From contig JBHIBG010000021.1 of assembly GCA_046758965.1 (NCBI GenBank), positions 1-35,973 of the forward strand: 35,973 nt of DNA, written 5' to 3'. The notes below the pieces were generated by a model, which worked only from the letters and a program-made list of their open reading frames with translations, was not told where the DNA came from and did not search any database. The stretch is from Candidatus Methylomirabilia bacterium. Its GTDB lineage: Bacteria; Methylomirabilota; Methylomirabilia; Rokubacteriales; CSP1-6. Numbering within the stretch: the first letter of the stretch is position 1; each line of letters begins with the position of its first letter. Below, one piece after another: positions 8,748-17,554 of the stretch. A program made the position numbers and the translations under genes.

Positions 8748-10792
8748 CGCCGAGTCCCTCCGGTGAGGGGGTGGACTGACTCGGGGACCAGGGCCTCGGT
8801 GACCTCTTTCTTCTCCCCCAGCCCGGCCAGCCAGAAGACAAAGGTCACCAGCCCCAGGAAGAGCAACACGATCCCTCCCACGACCCGCGCCATGTAGGCC
8901 ATCGTGGGGGTGAACGCCCACGCCGAGGTGTCCTGGAGGACGGCGTAGACATGCCAGTCCTCCCGGAGCCCGGAGCGAATGAAGCCCATCAGCCCCATCA
9001 GCAGCACGATGGCCACGCAGAGCAAAATCAAGGCGTACTGCGAGCGCACCGGCATCCGCCCCCACCGGATCCCCCCCACCACCTCCGCCCCCCGGAAGAG
9101 CAGCAGATCGATTGTCGTGTTCCACAGCAGACACACCATCACCATGAGCCACTGCGCCACGGCGAGGTTGCGCAGAAACGGGTTCGCCTTCTCCATGATC
9201 ACGAAGCCATAGATCCCGAGGACGAACACCGACGCCAGGATGGTCGAGGCGAAGAAGAGAGCCTGGGCCACTTTGCCCCGATCCCAGAGGGTCAGGACCC
9301 CCGTGAGCAGCACCATGCCGATCTGCCCCAGCAGGAGATACGCCGGCAGCGCGAAGTAGCGGGCGCGGTCCGGAGACAGGTCGAGGCCCTCGGGGTCCAG
9401 GGTCAAGAGGCCCCGGGCATACCACGCCAGGACCACGATCGAAACGGCCGCCCCCGCAGCCAGGACGATCTTCCCTCCGGCTCCATGCTCGGCGAAGGGC
9501 CGCGTGCTCCCCTTGTTGCCGCGCCGGTAGATCAGGAAGGAAAAGAAGGTCGAGAGGATGATGAGGTTCACCGCCGCGTTCTTGGCCGACATGAGGCCGA
9601 AGTATTTGAGGAAGGGATGGAACTGGCCACCCAGGGCCAGCTGCTCCTCGCCCGTGAGGGGGATGTTCCGGGGGGTCAGCCAGATCGCGAAGCATATCAG
9701 CAGGATCACGTTGATGTACTTGATGTACGGCTGATAGCGCTCGGCCCCGCTGATCCGCCCCATCCCCGACCAAAGGTAGTAGTTGCCGCCGATGAACAGC
9801 ATCCCGATCAGGATGGCCTGGATGATGAAGGTCCAGGAAAACGCCCCGCCCATCATGTTGTTCCCCATCACCGGGCTCGCGGAGTACACCTCCCGTCCCA
9901 GGTAGTAGCCGGCAAACGGCAGCGGAATCAGGGCGGCCAGCCCCACGAAGTTCCCCACGTACCCCATCCAATCGTAGTGCGCGCGCTCCCCCTCGCTCCT
10001 GGCCCCCAGGAACCTGACGGCCGCGTAGGCCCCGACGATGAAGCCGCCAAAGGCAATGTTGGCGATGAACCGGTGGATGGCCAGGGGGATCCAGAGGGGG
10101 TTCGCTACCGCCTGCCACGTGGTCCCCACAAACTGGAACGTCTCCTGGTCGATCCCGCTGGGGGTCATCATGTAGGAGACCCAGGCGTTCGCCAGGAGCA
10201 TGAGCAGCGTGCCCCAGAGGTTCAGCAGAATCCCCAGGAGGACGTGAAGCCCCTTCCACCGGCCCTGCATCCGGCCCCAGCCGTAGTAGTAAAGGTAGAG
10301 GGTGAAGCCCTCCGCGAAGAAGAGGAGGCCGTAGAGGTAGTAGGTCGTGTGGAAGATCGAGGTGAGGAAGGCCATGAACGTCGGGTAGAGGCCGAACAGA
10401 GAGAAGACGAGCAGGCCCCCGAAGGCCGCCGTCGTGGAGAAGGCGGCGGAGAGGAGGGCGGTGAACTCATGGGCCAGGCGATCATAGCGGGCATCCCCGC
10501 CCCGCCAGCCGACGATCTCCGCGATCGAGGCGAAGATCGGGACGCCCAGGACGAAGGCCCCGAACATCAAGTGGAGCTGGGTGATGATCCAGATGACGAG
10601 GCGGGAGTTCCCGCCGAAGAAGGTTTGATAATCGGGGGAGAGCCGAGGTTGAGCAGCAGCTAAGCTTGTCGATCCCGCAGTGGACGGGTCAGCGGCAAGG
10701 ACGGGGGCAGCAAGGATCGCCAGGACCCAGAGGCCCAAGGCCGCCAGGGTCGCCACCCGCCACGCTTGCACTCCCCCCCTCAGAGTGGTCAT
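8744..10792 (-). CDS. Cytochrome bd-like oxidase subunit I (CydA-like, Nitrospira/anammox type)
   Basis: Polytopic 682 aa. QLHLMFGAFVLG (His19 equivalent), FFAEG, LHVLLG, ANAWVSYMMTPSG, AIHRFIAN (His186 equivalent) and MGFIRSGLREDWHVY (GRQPW-equivalent region). Signal-like N-terminus. Confidence 0.85.
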   Translation of the reverse strand: MTTLRGGVQAWRVATLAALGLWVLAILAAPVLAADPSTAGSTSLAAAQPRLSPDYQTFFGGNSRLVIWIITQLHLMFGAFVLGVPIFASIAEIVGWRGGDARYDRLAHEFTALLSAAFSTTAAFGGLLVFSLFGLYPTFMAFLTSIFHTTYYLYGLLFFAEGFTLYLYYYGWGRMQGRWKGLHVLLGILLNLWGTLLMLLANAWVSYMMTPSGIDQETFQFVGTTWQAVANPLWIPLAIHRFIANIAFGGFIVGAYAAVRFLGARSEGERAHYDWMGYVGNFVGLAALIPLPFAGYYLGREVYSASPVMGNNMMGGAFSWTFIIQAILIGMLFIGGNYYLWSGMGRISGAERYQPYIKYINVILLICFAIWLTPRNIPLTGEEQLALGGQFHPFLKYFGLMSAKNAAVNLIILSTFFSFLIYRRGNKGSTRPFAEHGAGGKIVLAAGAAVSIVVLAWYARGLLTLDPEGLDLSPDRARYFALPAYLLLGQIGMVLLTGVLTLWDRGKVAQALFFASTILASVFVLGIYGFVIMEKANPFLRNLAVAQWLMVMVCLLWNTTIDLLLFRGAEVVGGIRWGRMPVRSQYALILLCVAIVLLMGLMGFIRSGLREDWHVYAVLQDTSAWAFTPTMAYMARVVGGIVLLFLGLVTFVFWLAGLGEKKEVTEALVPESVHPLTGGTRR

Positions 10793-10815
10793 GCGTCCCG
10801 CGCCCCCCTCAAGGA

Positions 10816-11592
10816 TTACTTGAATTCGAAAGCGACGTTGGCCTCGCCCCTAGGAGGAATGGCGACTTCCTGGCTGACCAGAACGGGCTCTCCGTAGATG
10901 GGACGACCATCCTTGTCCGACCCTTTCACCTCCCAGGACTCATGCCACGCCACCACCTTGTACGTCCCCGGCGGGATATCGGTGACCTTGAAGCGCCCGC
11001 GCTCGTCCGTGACCGCGAAGTAGGGATCCGGACGGACCACCATCCAGGCCTTCATGTGGGTGTGGGCATCGCACTGGATGTCCATCACCCCGAATCTCTT
11101 CTTCCGCCCGAGTCTCTTGATCCGCCGGCTGACATCGAGCACCTGGTCCTGGAGGGGAAGGGCGAGGTTGAAGACGGTCCTCTTCGATAGAAACCCGTGG
11201 GTGTTGTGGAGGATGGGGTCCGAGTTCCTGACCCTGGTCTTCGTCGCCGCGGTCACCGCCAGCACGTGCGGGACGAAGAGACACTTGGTGTTGTCCAGGA
11301 CCACGGTCTTCTTTTCGATCTTCTTCCCCTTGGCAATCCCCTCGATCCAGATCACCGCGTACCTGACCCCCTTGTTGGGCCCCAGGACCAGAGCCTCAGA
11401 GGCCACGGACTTCCCGCACAGGTCCTGGTTCTTCTTCACCGGGATCGGCGCCAGCTTGGGCGGGGCCCCCACGAACTTCACGCTCCCCGTCAGGGTGCCC
11501 CCGTCCTTGACCTGGACGACATCATACCCCAAGGCCACGCCGGGGGTCGTCACGGCCAAGGCCACCATCAGACTCACCACGCATCGCCTCAT
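10816..11592 (-). CDS. Secreted cupredoxin-like / carboxypeptidase-regulatory-like domain protein with putative type-1 Cu site
   Basis: GAGGAG RBS before ATG at 11592, signal peptide, NSDPILHNTH...CDAHTHM, YFAVTD..G.F.VTDIPPGTY.V.AWHE. Confidence 0.8.
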   Translation of the reverse strand: MRRCVVSLMVALAVTTPGVALGYDVVQVKDGGTLTGSVKFVGAPPKLAPIPVKKNQDLCGKSVASEALVLGPNKGVRYAVIWIEGIAKGKKIEKKTVVLDNTKCLFVPHVLAVTAATKTRVRNSDPILHNTHGFLSKRTVFNLALPLQDQVLDVSRRIKRLGRKKRFGVMDIQCDAHTHMKAWMVVRPDPYFAVTDERGRFKVTDIPPGTYKVVAWHESWEVKGSDKDGRPIYGEPVLVSQEVAIPPRGEANVAFEFK

Positions 11593-11656
11593 TGCTGCTT
11601 CTCCTCTTAAGCCTCTTCTCCCCGCTCGCCCGAAGTCCGGATAGAGACCCTCCCCA

Positions 11657-13174
11657 TCACTCGAGGAGGAGCTCTCCCTCCAGGGCCTCCCAGACAGCTT
11701 TCCGGGTGACAACGCCAAGAAGACCCCACCACGCCTCGAGAGGGTTCCAGTCGTCGGTGATTGGCAATCCTCCGTCGTCTCGAAAGGAGAGCTGAACCGC
11801 GTACTGAGACCGAGCGGACACGGCCTGGCGCCTGGCGAGATAGAGGAGGTTCCCGAAATTTCCCTCAGGCCGTGTGGAAAAAACCTGGACCGTGGAGAAC
11901 ACCTGCCTGAGGGTCCGGTAGATCGACCGGGACACCCGGGACCCTTCTCCCTCCTTGAACCCCGTGAGGTTCAGCATGAAGACTCCGTCCCGGGTGAGGC
12001 GACGGGCGATGAGCCCGAAGCTCTCCCGCGTCAGGAGGTGAAAGGGAACGGTTTCGGCGAGGAAAGCGTCCAGGATGACCGCGTCATACCGCTCTCGAGT
12101 GTCTCTGAGAAAGACCCGCCCATCGGCAATGATGACTCTCCCCGGCCCGGGTCGATACTCGAAGTAGCGGGCGGCCAGGGCGGGCATCCTGGGGTCGATT
12201 TCGACTACGTCAAGTCGAAGCCCGGCGCGGCTCAGCATCCCGGGCAGCACCCCGCCAGCCAGTCCGATGAAGAGCCCCCGCGCCCCGGTGCCAGGGGGAA
12301 AAGTGCCGGTGAGAAGCTCCGCCATGGCCCGGTGGACCTGAAAAACCGAGCGGCGGCTGACCTTTTCCATTCCACTCTGGATCGTCCCGTCCACGAGGAG
12401 GTAACGACGGTCCTCGAGGTCCACGATGCGGACTTCCCCGTAGTACCCCTGGGAGCTGTACAGGATCCTCCCATCCCTCGAAGCTGTGAGAGGAAGAAAA
12501 AGAACAAGAACGAGGAGGCTCCAGGGCAGCAGCAAGAAGGCGAACCGGCGCATCCCGGTCCTGAGGAAGGCGACGATGGCCAGGAGAACGAGGGCAGAAG
12601 AAGCCAGAGCAAAGATCGTCGGAATCTCCACGTTGGGGATCAGCAGGAACCCTGTCCCGAGCGTCCCGAGCACGCTCCCCACCGTGGAGAGGGCGTAGAG
12701 AAATCCACCCGACCGACCCACCTCTGCCAGGCTTCGCGTATAAAGCCGCAGGGTGAGCGGGGTGACCATGCCCAGCAGGACCAGCGGGACGGCAAAGAGA
12801 AGCAGGGCGCTGACGAGCGCGCCCCCGCGGGGCCCTAGATGGGCCATCCCTTCGAGGATCGGGACACGAATCAGCGGGATGAGGAGAAGCCAGAGCCCCG
12901 CGGAGAAGACCACCAACGCCAGGCGGGGCAGGCCCGGGAATCGGTCCGCGACCGCTCCACCGATCCAGTACCCCGCCGCCAGGGAAAGGAGCGTAACGCT
13001 GATCAGAGCCGACCAGACGAAGAGGCCGACTCCGAAGTAGGGCATGATCGCCCGGGCCCCGGCTAGCTCAATAGTCATCACCGCTGCCCCGCACACGCAT
13101 GCGGTGAGGGCCAGGAGGAATCCCGGCGCGCTCCTCGCGGAACTAAGGGGAGAGGGCGGATACATCGAGCTCAT
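11657..13174 (-). CDS. Fused membrane-domain/spermidine-synthase-like SAM-dependent protein
   Basis: N-terminal TM bundle (IELAGARAIMPYFGVGLFVWS...LSTVGSVLGT), then FIGLAGG, VVEIDP, IADGR.FL, YDAVILDAF, PFHLLTRE and ITDDWNP. Start may be at 13165. Confidence 0.87.
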   Translation of the reverse strand: MSSMYPPSPLSSARSAPGFLLALTACVCGAAVMTIELAGARAIMPYFGVGLFVWSALISVTLLSLAAGYWIGGAVADRFPGLPRLALVVFSAGLWLLLIPLIRVPILEGMAHLGPRGGALVSALLLFAVPLVLLGMVTPLTLRLYTRSLAEVGRSGGFLYALSTVGSVLGTLGTGFLLIPNVEIPTIFALASSALVLLAIVAFLRTGMRRFAFLLLPWSLLVLVLFLPLTASRDGRILYSSQGYYGEVRIVDLEDRRYLLVDGTIQSGMEKVSRRSVFQVHRAMAELLTGTFPPGTGARGLFIGLAGGVLPGMLSRAGLRLDVVEIDPRMPALAARYFEYRPGPGRVIIADGRVFLRDTRERYDAVILDAFLAETVPFHLLTRESFGLIARRLTRDGVFMLNLTGFKEGEGSRVSRSIYRTLRQVFSTVQVFSTRPEGNFGNLLYLARRQAVSARSQYAVQLSFRDDGGLPITDDWNPLEAWWGLLGVVTRKAVWEALEGELLLE

Positions 13175-14654
13175 AGAGGGTCATAGCTCCCATGGCCGGG
13201 GTCAAGGCGGAAACGCCGCTGAACTCCCGGACAGCCCGAAGCCCGACCCCGGCCGGCGCGGCTCCCTGCAGCACAGCCGAAGTCACCAGGACCGTCTGCG
13301 GGATCACCGCCAGGGAGTCGAGGGTCGGAACGATCTCGTCTCCCGAGCGGACGCGCTGGACCGTCAGGGCGGGGAGATAGTAGTCGAAGAGCCGTTTCTC
13401 CTCCCCGCCCAGGAGAAGCGTTTCCCCCGGGGGGTAGTGGGTACGGACAAACTCGACGAGCTGGAGAGGAGCGGGCATGTGGCTCCGTTCCGCTTCAACC
13501 GACCGCCACCCCCCGACCGCTAGGGGCATGACGAGGAGGGCTGACACCAAGAGAGGGCCCCACCCCCGCCCGAGCCTTTCCCCCGCCCGGATCACCCCTC
13601 GACTCACGGGGAGCAGGAGGAGCGGAATCAGCGGGAGCAGATGCCGGCCCTTGTCGACGTTCTGCCCGAGCAGAACCCAGATGAGGTACGGTGCTCCGGC
13701 AGCCAGGAGAAACTTCCCCCACGTCGGTCCCCCGCTTGCGGCCCCCCGCAGCGCGGGACGGAACTGAGACAGAAGAGTCAGAGCCAGCAGCAGGGAGAGG
13801 AGCAGCGCCATCGCCAGCTCGCGCATGGCGTACCCTCCCAGGCCGTAGGCGAAGAGGCTGTGCAGCAAGCGCAGAGGGCGGCTGACCGGATCGGGGTCTG
13901 TGAACAAGGCCCCTCCCCAGTCAGTGAAGTGACCACGGATGAAGCGGAGACTCTCCCGCGCGAAGGGCGACCACCCCTCGCGGGCCACTTGCCAGTGAAG
14001 CCACAGCGCCACAGCCGCGGTAAAGGCCACCACGGGGCGGATCGTGGCTGGCCAGCTCCACGATCTCTTCAAGCGCCAGAGGAGGAAGAGCCACGTAAGG
14101 GCGAAAGGGAAATAGGAGAGGCGAACGCCGAGGGCCATTCCCAGGGCAACCGAGGCGAGGGAGAAGAGAGCCCAGCCGTGGCGGTCATCGCGTTCGTACG
14201 CCATCCACGCCAGGGCAAGGAAGAGGGTCACAAAAAACGTGCCGGTGGCATCGGACAGGGGCTTTGTGCTGACGAGCCAGTGAAAGGGGTGAACGCCCAG
14301 AAGGAGCACGGTGAGCAGGGCCTCTCTCGATCCGAGCATGCGGGAGGCCAGCGCATAGAGGGGAACCAGGGTCAAGCCGCCGAAGCACGCGCTGGTCAAG
14401 GTCAGGGCCCGGAGATCGTCCTCGAAGATCCTCCATGCCCCCCGAACGATCCAGACAAAGACCGGGTAGCCGGGAAAGTGAGGTTGAAACTCCGCGAGGG
14501 AGTACCAGTGGATCGCCAAGGCGAAATCCACAGCATCCCATTCGCCGAGCCACGGGGCGGCATACAGGGCCCTCCCCACAACGGCCAAAAGCGCCAGGGA
14601 AAGCCCCTTCAGGACCACGTCCTTCAGCGGGCCTGGCTTGGCTCGGCCGGTCAC
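13143..14654 (-). CDS. GT-C-fold integral membrane glycosyltransferase (GT39/ArnT-like)
   Basis: WDAVDF..A.....QPHFPGYP first loop, LSDA and GVRLS motifs, about 11 TM helices, RHLLPL. GTG at 14654 gives a GTGA overlap (alternative ATG at 14678). Confidence 0.78.
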   Translation of the reverse strand: MTGRAKPGPLKDVVLKGLSLALLAVVGRALYAAPWLGEWDAVDFALAIHWYSLAEFQPHFPGYPVFVWIVRGAWRIFEDDLRALTLTSACFGGLTLVPLYALASRMLGSREALLTVLLLGVHPFHWLVSTKPLSDATGTFFVTLFLALAWMAYERDDRHGWALFSLASVALGMALGVRLSYFPFALTWLFLLWRLKRSWSWPATIRPVVAFTAAVALWLHWQVAREGWSPFARESLRFIRGHFTDWGGALFTDPDPVSRPLRLLHSLFAYGLGGYAMRELAMALLLSLLLALTLLSQFRPALRGAASGGPTWGKFLLAAGAPYLIWVLLGQNVDKGRHLLPLIPLLLLPVSRGVIRAGERLGRGWGPLLVSALLVMPLAVGGWRSVEAERSHMPAPLQLVEFVRTHYPPGETLLLGGEEKRLFDYYLPALTVQRVRSGDEIVPTLDSLAVIPQTVLVTSAVLQGAAPAGVGLRAVREFSGVSALTPAMGAMTLYELDVSALSP

Positions 14655-16105
14655 TGACGGGCCGCACTGCCAACCCATTCCTCCGCCGCCACGGACTGGA
14701 TTTCAAGGAGATTCTTCTCCTCCCCTACGCCCAGGACCTCTTCTCGCTTCAGGCTCTCCCCCAGGAGGCGCCTGGCGGCGAGGATCCCCATCTCCATGGC
14801 GCCGTCCATGAAGAGATAGCGGAAGGCTCCCTGCCTCCCCACGCTCATCAGGTTCGGAATCCTATCGAGAGCGCGCAGCAACCGCTCCCGCAGCTCGCGG
14901 TATGTGAGGGAGTACACGGGGTAGGCGTGGGTCGCGCGGGTCGAGAAGGCGTGGATCACACTCCCCCTCAGCGGGAACCCGATCCGTTCGAGACTCTCAA
15001 GCCCCCGAGCGAGGAGCCGGTCATCGGGCGCCCGCCAGGTCTCATCGCCGATCCAGCAGGGGATCTCTAGCATCAGAGAGCTTTTCCCGGCCGGAGCGTT
15101 GAACGGGCTCCGCCGCTTGGGCTCCTGAATGCGAGTCATGAGAGCCCCGGGGTCGGCGACATAGATCCAGGTGTAGGGGCTCACCTCCTCCTGATCGAGG
15201 GGGATATTGAGAAACCGCATCGCCCGGTAGACCAGGGAGTGAGGGGCGAGGTCGAAATCTCCAGGCACGGGCGGCAAGAAGAGATCGAAGAGATCAGGGA
15301 GGGGAATTGTCGAGACAAACCAGCTTCCCTCGACAACGAAGAGCTCGCCGCCCGTCTCGATCCAGACCCGACGGATCTCCCACCCCTCCCGCTCGACGGC
15401 CTTCACCTTGGTTTGCAAGTAAAGGGTCCCGCCGAGACGCTCTACCTCCCGCCCCATGGCGTCGAAGATCTGGCCCATCCCCCATTTCGGGTAGAGAAAC
15501 GTCGGCGCGTAGGTCCGGGGGATCTCCCTTCCGCGTCCAAGGAGATGACGGAGGACGTCCGCCAGGTCGAAGAGGGAGATGCGCTCGGCCGCCCAATCCG
15601 CGGAGATGGAGGACGGGGGAAGCCCCCAGAGCTTCTGCGTATAGGGACCAAAAAACAGGTCGTAGAGCGGCCGCCCGAAGTGATTGACGACCCACTCCTC
15701 GAAGGAGGTCTCGGGGCGCGGGGAGAGGCGGCAGCGGGCCCGACGGTAGAGGTAATCGCCGAGCGCCCGGAGGTTCACCGCGAGGGGGTTCTTCCTCACG
15801 AGGTCAAGGACGGAAAGAGGGTAGTGGAACGTCTTGCCGTTGAGGACGATGACGCTGCGCCGCTCACCCATGAGCAGATCGTCCCCCAAGAGGCCCTGAA
15901 TGCGCTGCACCAGCTCCCGGTTCCGGGAGATGAAGCGATGGCCCCCGAGGTCGAACCTGAAGCCCTGGTACTCGGTCGTCGCGCAGAGACCACCGAGTTT
16001 CGACTGGGCCTCGACAACGGTGACCGGAACCCCGCGGCGCGCAAATTCCCAGGCCGCGGAAAGTCCACAGGGTCCACCTCCGAGGATCACCGCCCGCTCT
16101 CTCAT
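14651..16105 (-). CDS. FAD-dependent oxidoreductase (protoporphyrinogen oxidase / UDP-galactopyranose mutase-like family)
   Basis: Rossmann motif ILGGGPCGLSAA...VVE..LGGL, FDLGGHRF, YTQKLWG, FLYPKWGMG, HAYPVY and GRQGAFRY. Confidence 0.85.
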   Translation of the reverse strand: MRERAVILGGGPCGLSAAWEFARRGVPVTVVEAQSKLGGLCATTEYQGFRFDLGGHRFISRNRELVQRIQGLLGDDLLMGERRSVIVLNGKTFHYPLSVLDLVRKNPLAVNLRALGDYLYRRARCRLSPRPETSFEEWVVNHFGRPLYDLFFGPYTQKLWGLPPSSISADWAAERISLFDLADVLRHLLGRGREIPRTYAPTFLYPKWGMGQIFDAMGREVERLGGTLYLQTKVKAVEREGWEIRRVWIETGGELFVVEGSWFVSTIPLPDLFDLFLPPVPGDFDLAPHSLVYRAMRFLNIPLDQEEVSPYTWIYVADPGALMTRIQEPKRRSPFNAPAGKSSLMLEIPCWIGDETWRAPDDRLLARGLESLERIGFPLRGSVIHAFSTRATHAYPVYSLTYRELRERLLRALDRIPNLMSVGRQGAFRYLFMDGAMEMGILAARRLLGESLKREEVLGVGEEKNLLEIQSVAAEEWVGSAARQ

Positions 16106-17544
16106 CGAACTCCTCTACCCCGCCCGAGGCTCCGAATGTACGCGAGGAGATCGTGGACCTCCTTCTCCCCGAGGATCCCTTCCCACGGCGGCATGAGCAG
16201 GGATTTGCCCCGTGCCAATCCCCCATGGAGGATGACGGCCTCGAGGTCTTGATCGGTCCGGTTGCCCATGATCCGAGAATCCTGGAAGTCTCTGGGGCGG
16301 GGATCGAGCGAGGCTGCCGTGGGCCCATCTCCCCGTCCCTCCTCCCCATGGCAGACGACACAGTGGATGCCGAACAGCGCCCGACCGCGAGCGGGGTCTC
16401 CGGCCCCGGGCGCCGGGGGAGGGGAAAGAGCGGCCCGTGGGCGGACCAGCCCCAACTCCCTTCGCTCTCCCGCTGCGGGCCGGCGAAAGACCAGACGAAT
16501 CACATCCGAGAAGTTGTGGTAGACGGAGGCATCGAAGACGGCAATGCCGAAGAACTGCTCTGCTCCCCGGCCCGGGTGGAACTGCACGTCGTCAGCATCG
16601 CCGGTGCGAAGCCGCCGCTTCAGCTCCAACGTCCAGACCCCGCCGGCGTACCGGCCGACCCCCTCCACATGGCCGCGCATGTCGGGAGGAACCTCAGGCG
16701 GCAGGAGGATCCCCGCCACCCGGTCCCCGGCCTTGAAGGCGATCTCCTCCACGGGGGCGAGAGAGTCAGGCCCCGTCACCCGGATATAGGGGGCGTGAAG
16801 ATCGCCCCCGGCCTGAGGGTTGGGGGCATACATGGGCCGATCCTCAGTGACGGGGTCCAGGTTGAACTCGAAGATGTCCGGGCTCCGGTCCAGGCCGTCG
16901 GGGGAGCGGCCGATGGGCTTCTCCCCGGGCCGCTCTTCTACGAATTTCTCGAAGTCGATGTGGCTGATCCGCCCGTCTTTGACCCACTTGAACGGTGCCG
17001 TCTCAGCGGCCCGCCACTCCCAGTGGTCCACCGTCATCCCCGCTTTTTCCGTCCACATGTCATGCGGGGCGAGGCCATCGATCTCCGGATAGCTGGAGAG
17101 ATGGCAGAGGGCCCGGCAGCCGATGAGAGGGAAAAGGCGGCTTCCGGCGTTCCAGTTGACGGCGAAGGCATCGTCGGCGATCTCTCGCTCCTCGTGCCAC
17201 TCCTCGCCGTCGAAGACCCATGGCTTGTACTCGAGGCTCTGGGTTGGGTCCCGCCAGCGGGCCAGCAGGAAGAACTGCCGAAATGTGTACAGAGCGCGAA
17301 GCTCGACCTCCATGATCCGCCGGTTCCCAAACTTCTTGATCGGAAAGGCCTTCACGCTGAGAGGAGCGGCCTTTTCCCAGACCTTGTCCATCTCCCCATC
17401 GATCACCGGCTTGCGTAGGGTCCGGGAGGCCACGAGCTCGAGATATGAGGTCCTGCGGGGCGGCGGAATCTCGCCGCCTCTGGCGGCTACGAGCCCCACG
17501 CCCAGGATGGAAAGGAGCGCCAGGAGCGCGGCGATCTGTTTCAC
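16102..17544 (-). CDS. Secreted EBDH-gamma/DOMON-like domain protein with C-terminal monoheme cytochrome c
   Basis: GTG at 17544, signal/TM segment, PVIDG..D..W, LRALY...ARWRD, GCRALCH, DHWEW, WTLELKRRL, then CVVCH...PRPRDF...LMPPW. Confidence 0.82.
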   Translation of the reverse strand: MKQIAALLALLSILGVGLVAARGGEIPPPRRTSYLELVASRTLRKPVIDGEMDKVWEKAAPLSVKAFPIKKFGNRRIMEVELRALYTFRQFFLLARWRDPTQSLEYKPWVFDGEEWHEEREIADDAFAVNWNAGSRLFPLIGCRALCHLSSYPEIDGLAPHDMWTEKAGMTVDHWEWRAAETAPFKWVKDGRISHIDFEKFVEERPGEKPIGRSPDGLDRSPDIFEFNLDPVTEDRPMYAPNPQAGGDLHAPYIRVTGPDSLAPVEEIAFKAGDRVAGILLPPEVPPDMRGHVEGVGRYAGGVWTLELKRRLRTGDADDVQFHPGRGAEQFFGIAVFDASVYHNFSDVIRLVFRRPAAGERRELGLVRPRAALSPPPAPGAGDPARGRALFGIHCVVCHGEEGRGDGPTAASLDPRPRDFQDSRIMGNRTDQDLEAVILHGGLARGKSLLMPPWEGILGEKEVHDLLAYIRSLGRGRGVR

Positions 17545-17554
17545 GCTCGCCGCC

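Noticed and set aside
8748..10259. N-terminal 504 aa of the 835-aa track ORF as a real extension
   Set aside because: Low-complexity Arg/Gly/Pro-rich alternate frame of the CydA-like gene; a good RBS and GTG exist at 8747.
8951..10663. Long plus-strand ORFs (also 20805..22355, 16153..17418, 34152..35672)
   Set aside because: Antisense shadows expected in high-GC coding DNA, with no motifs.
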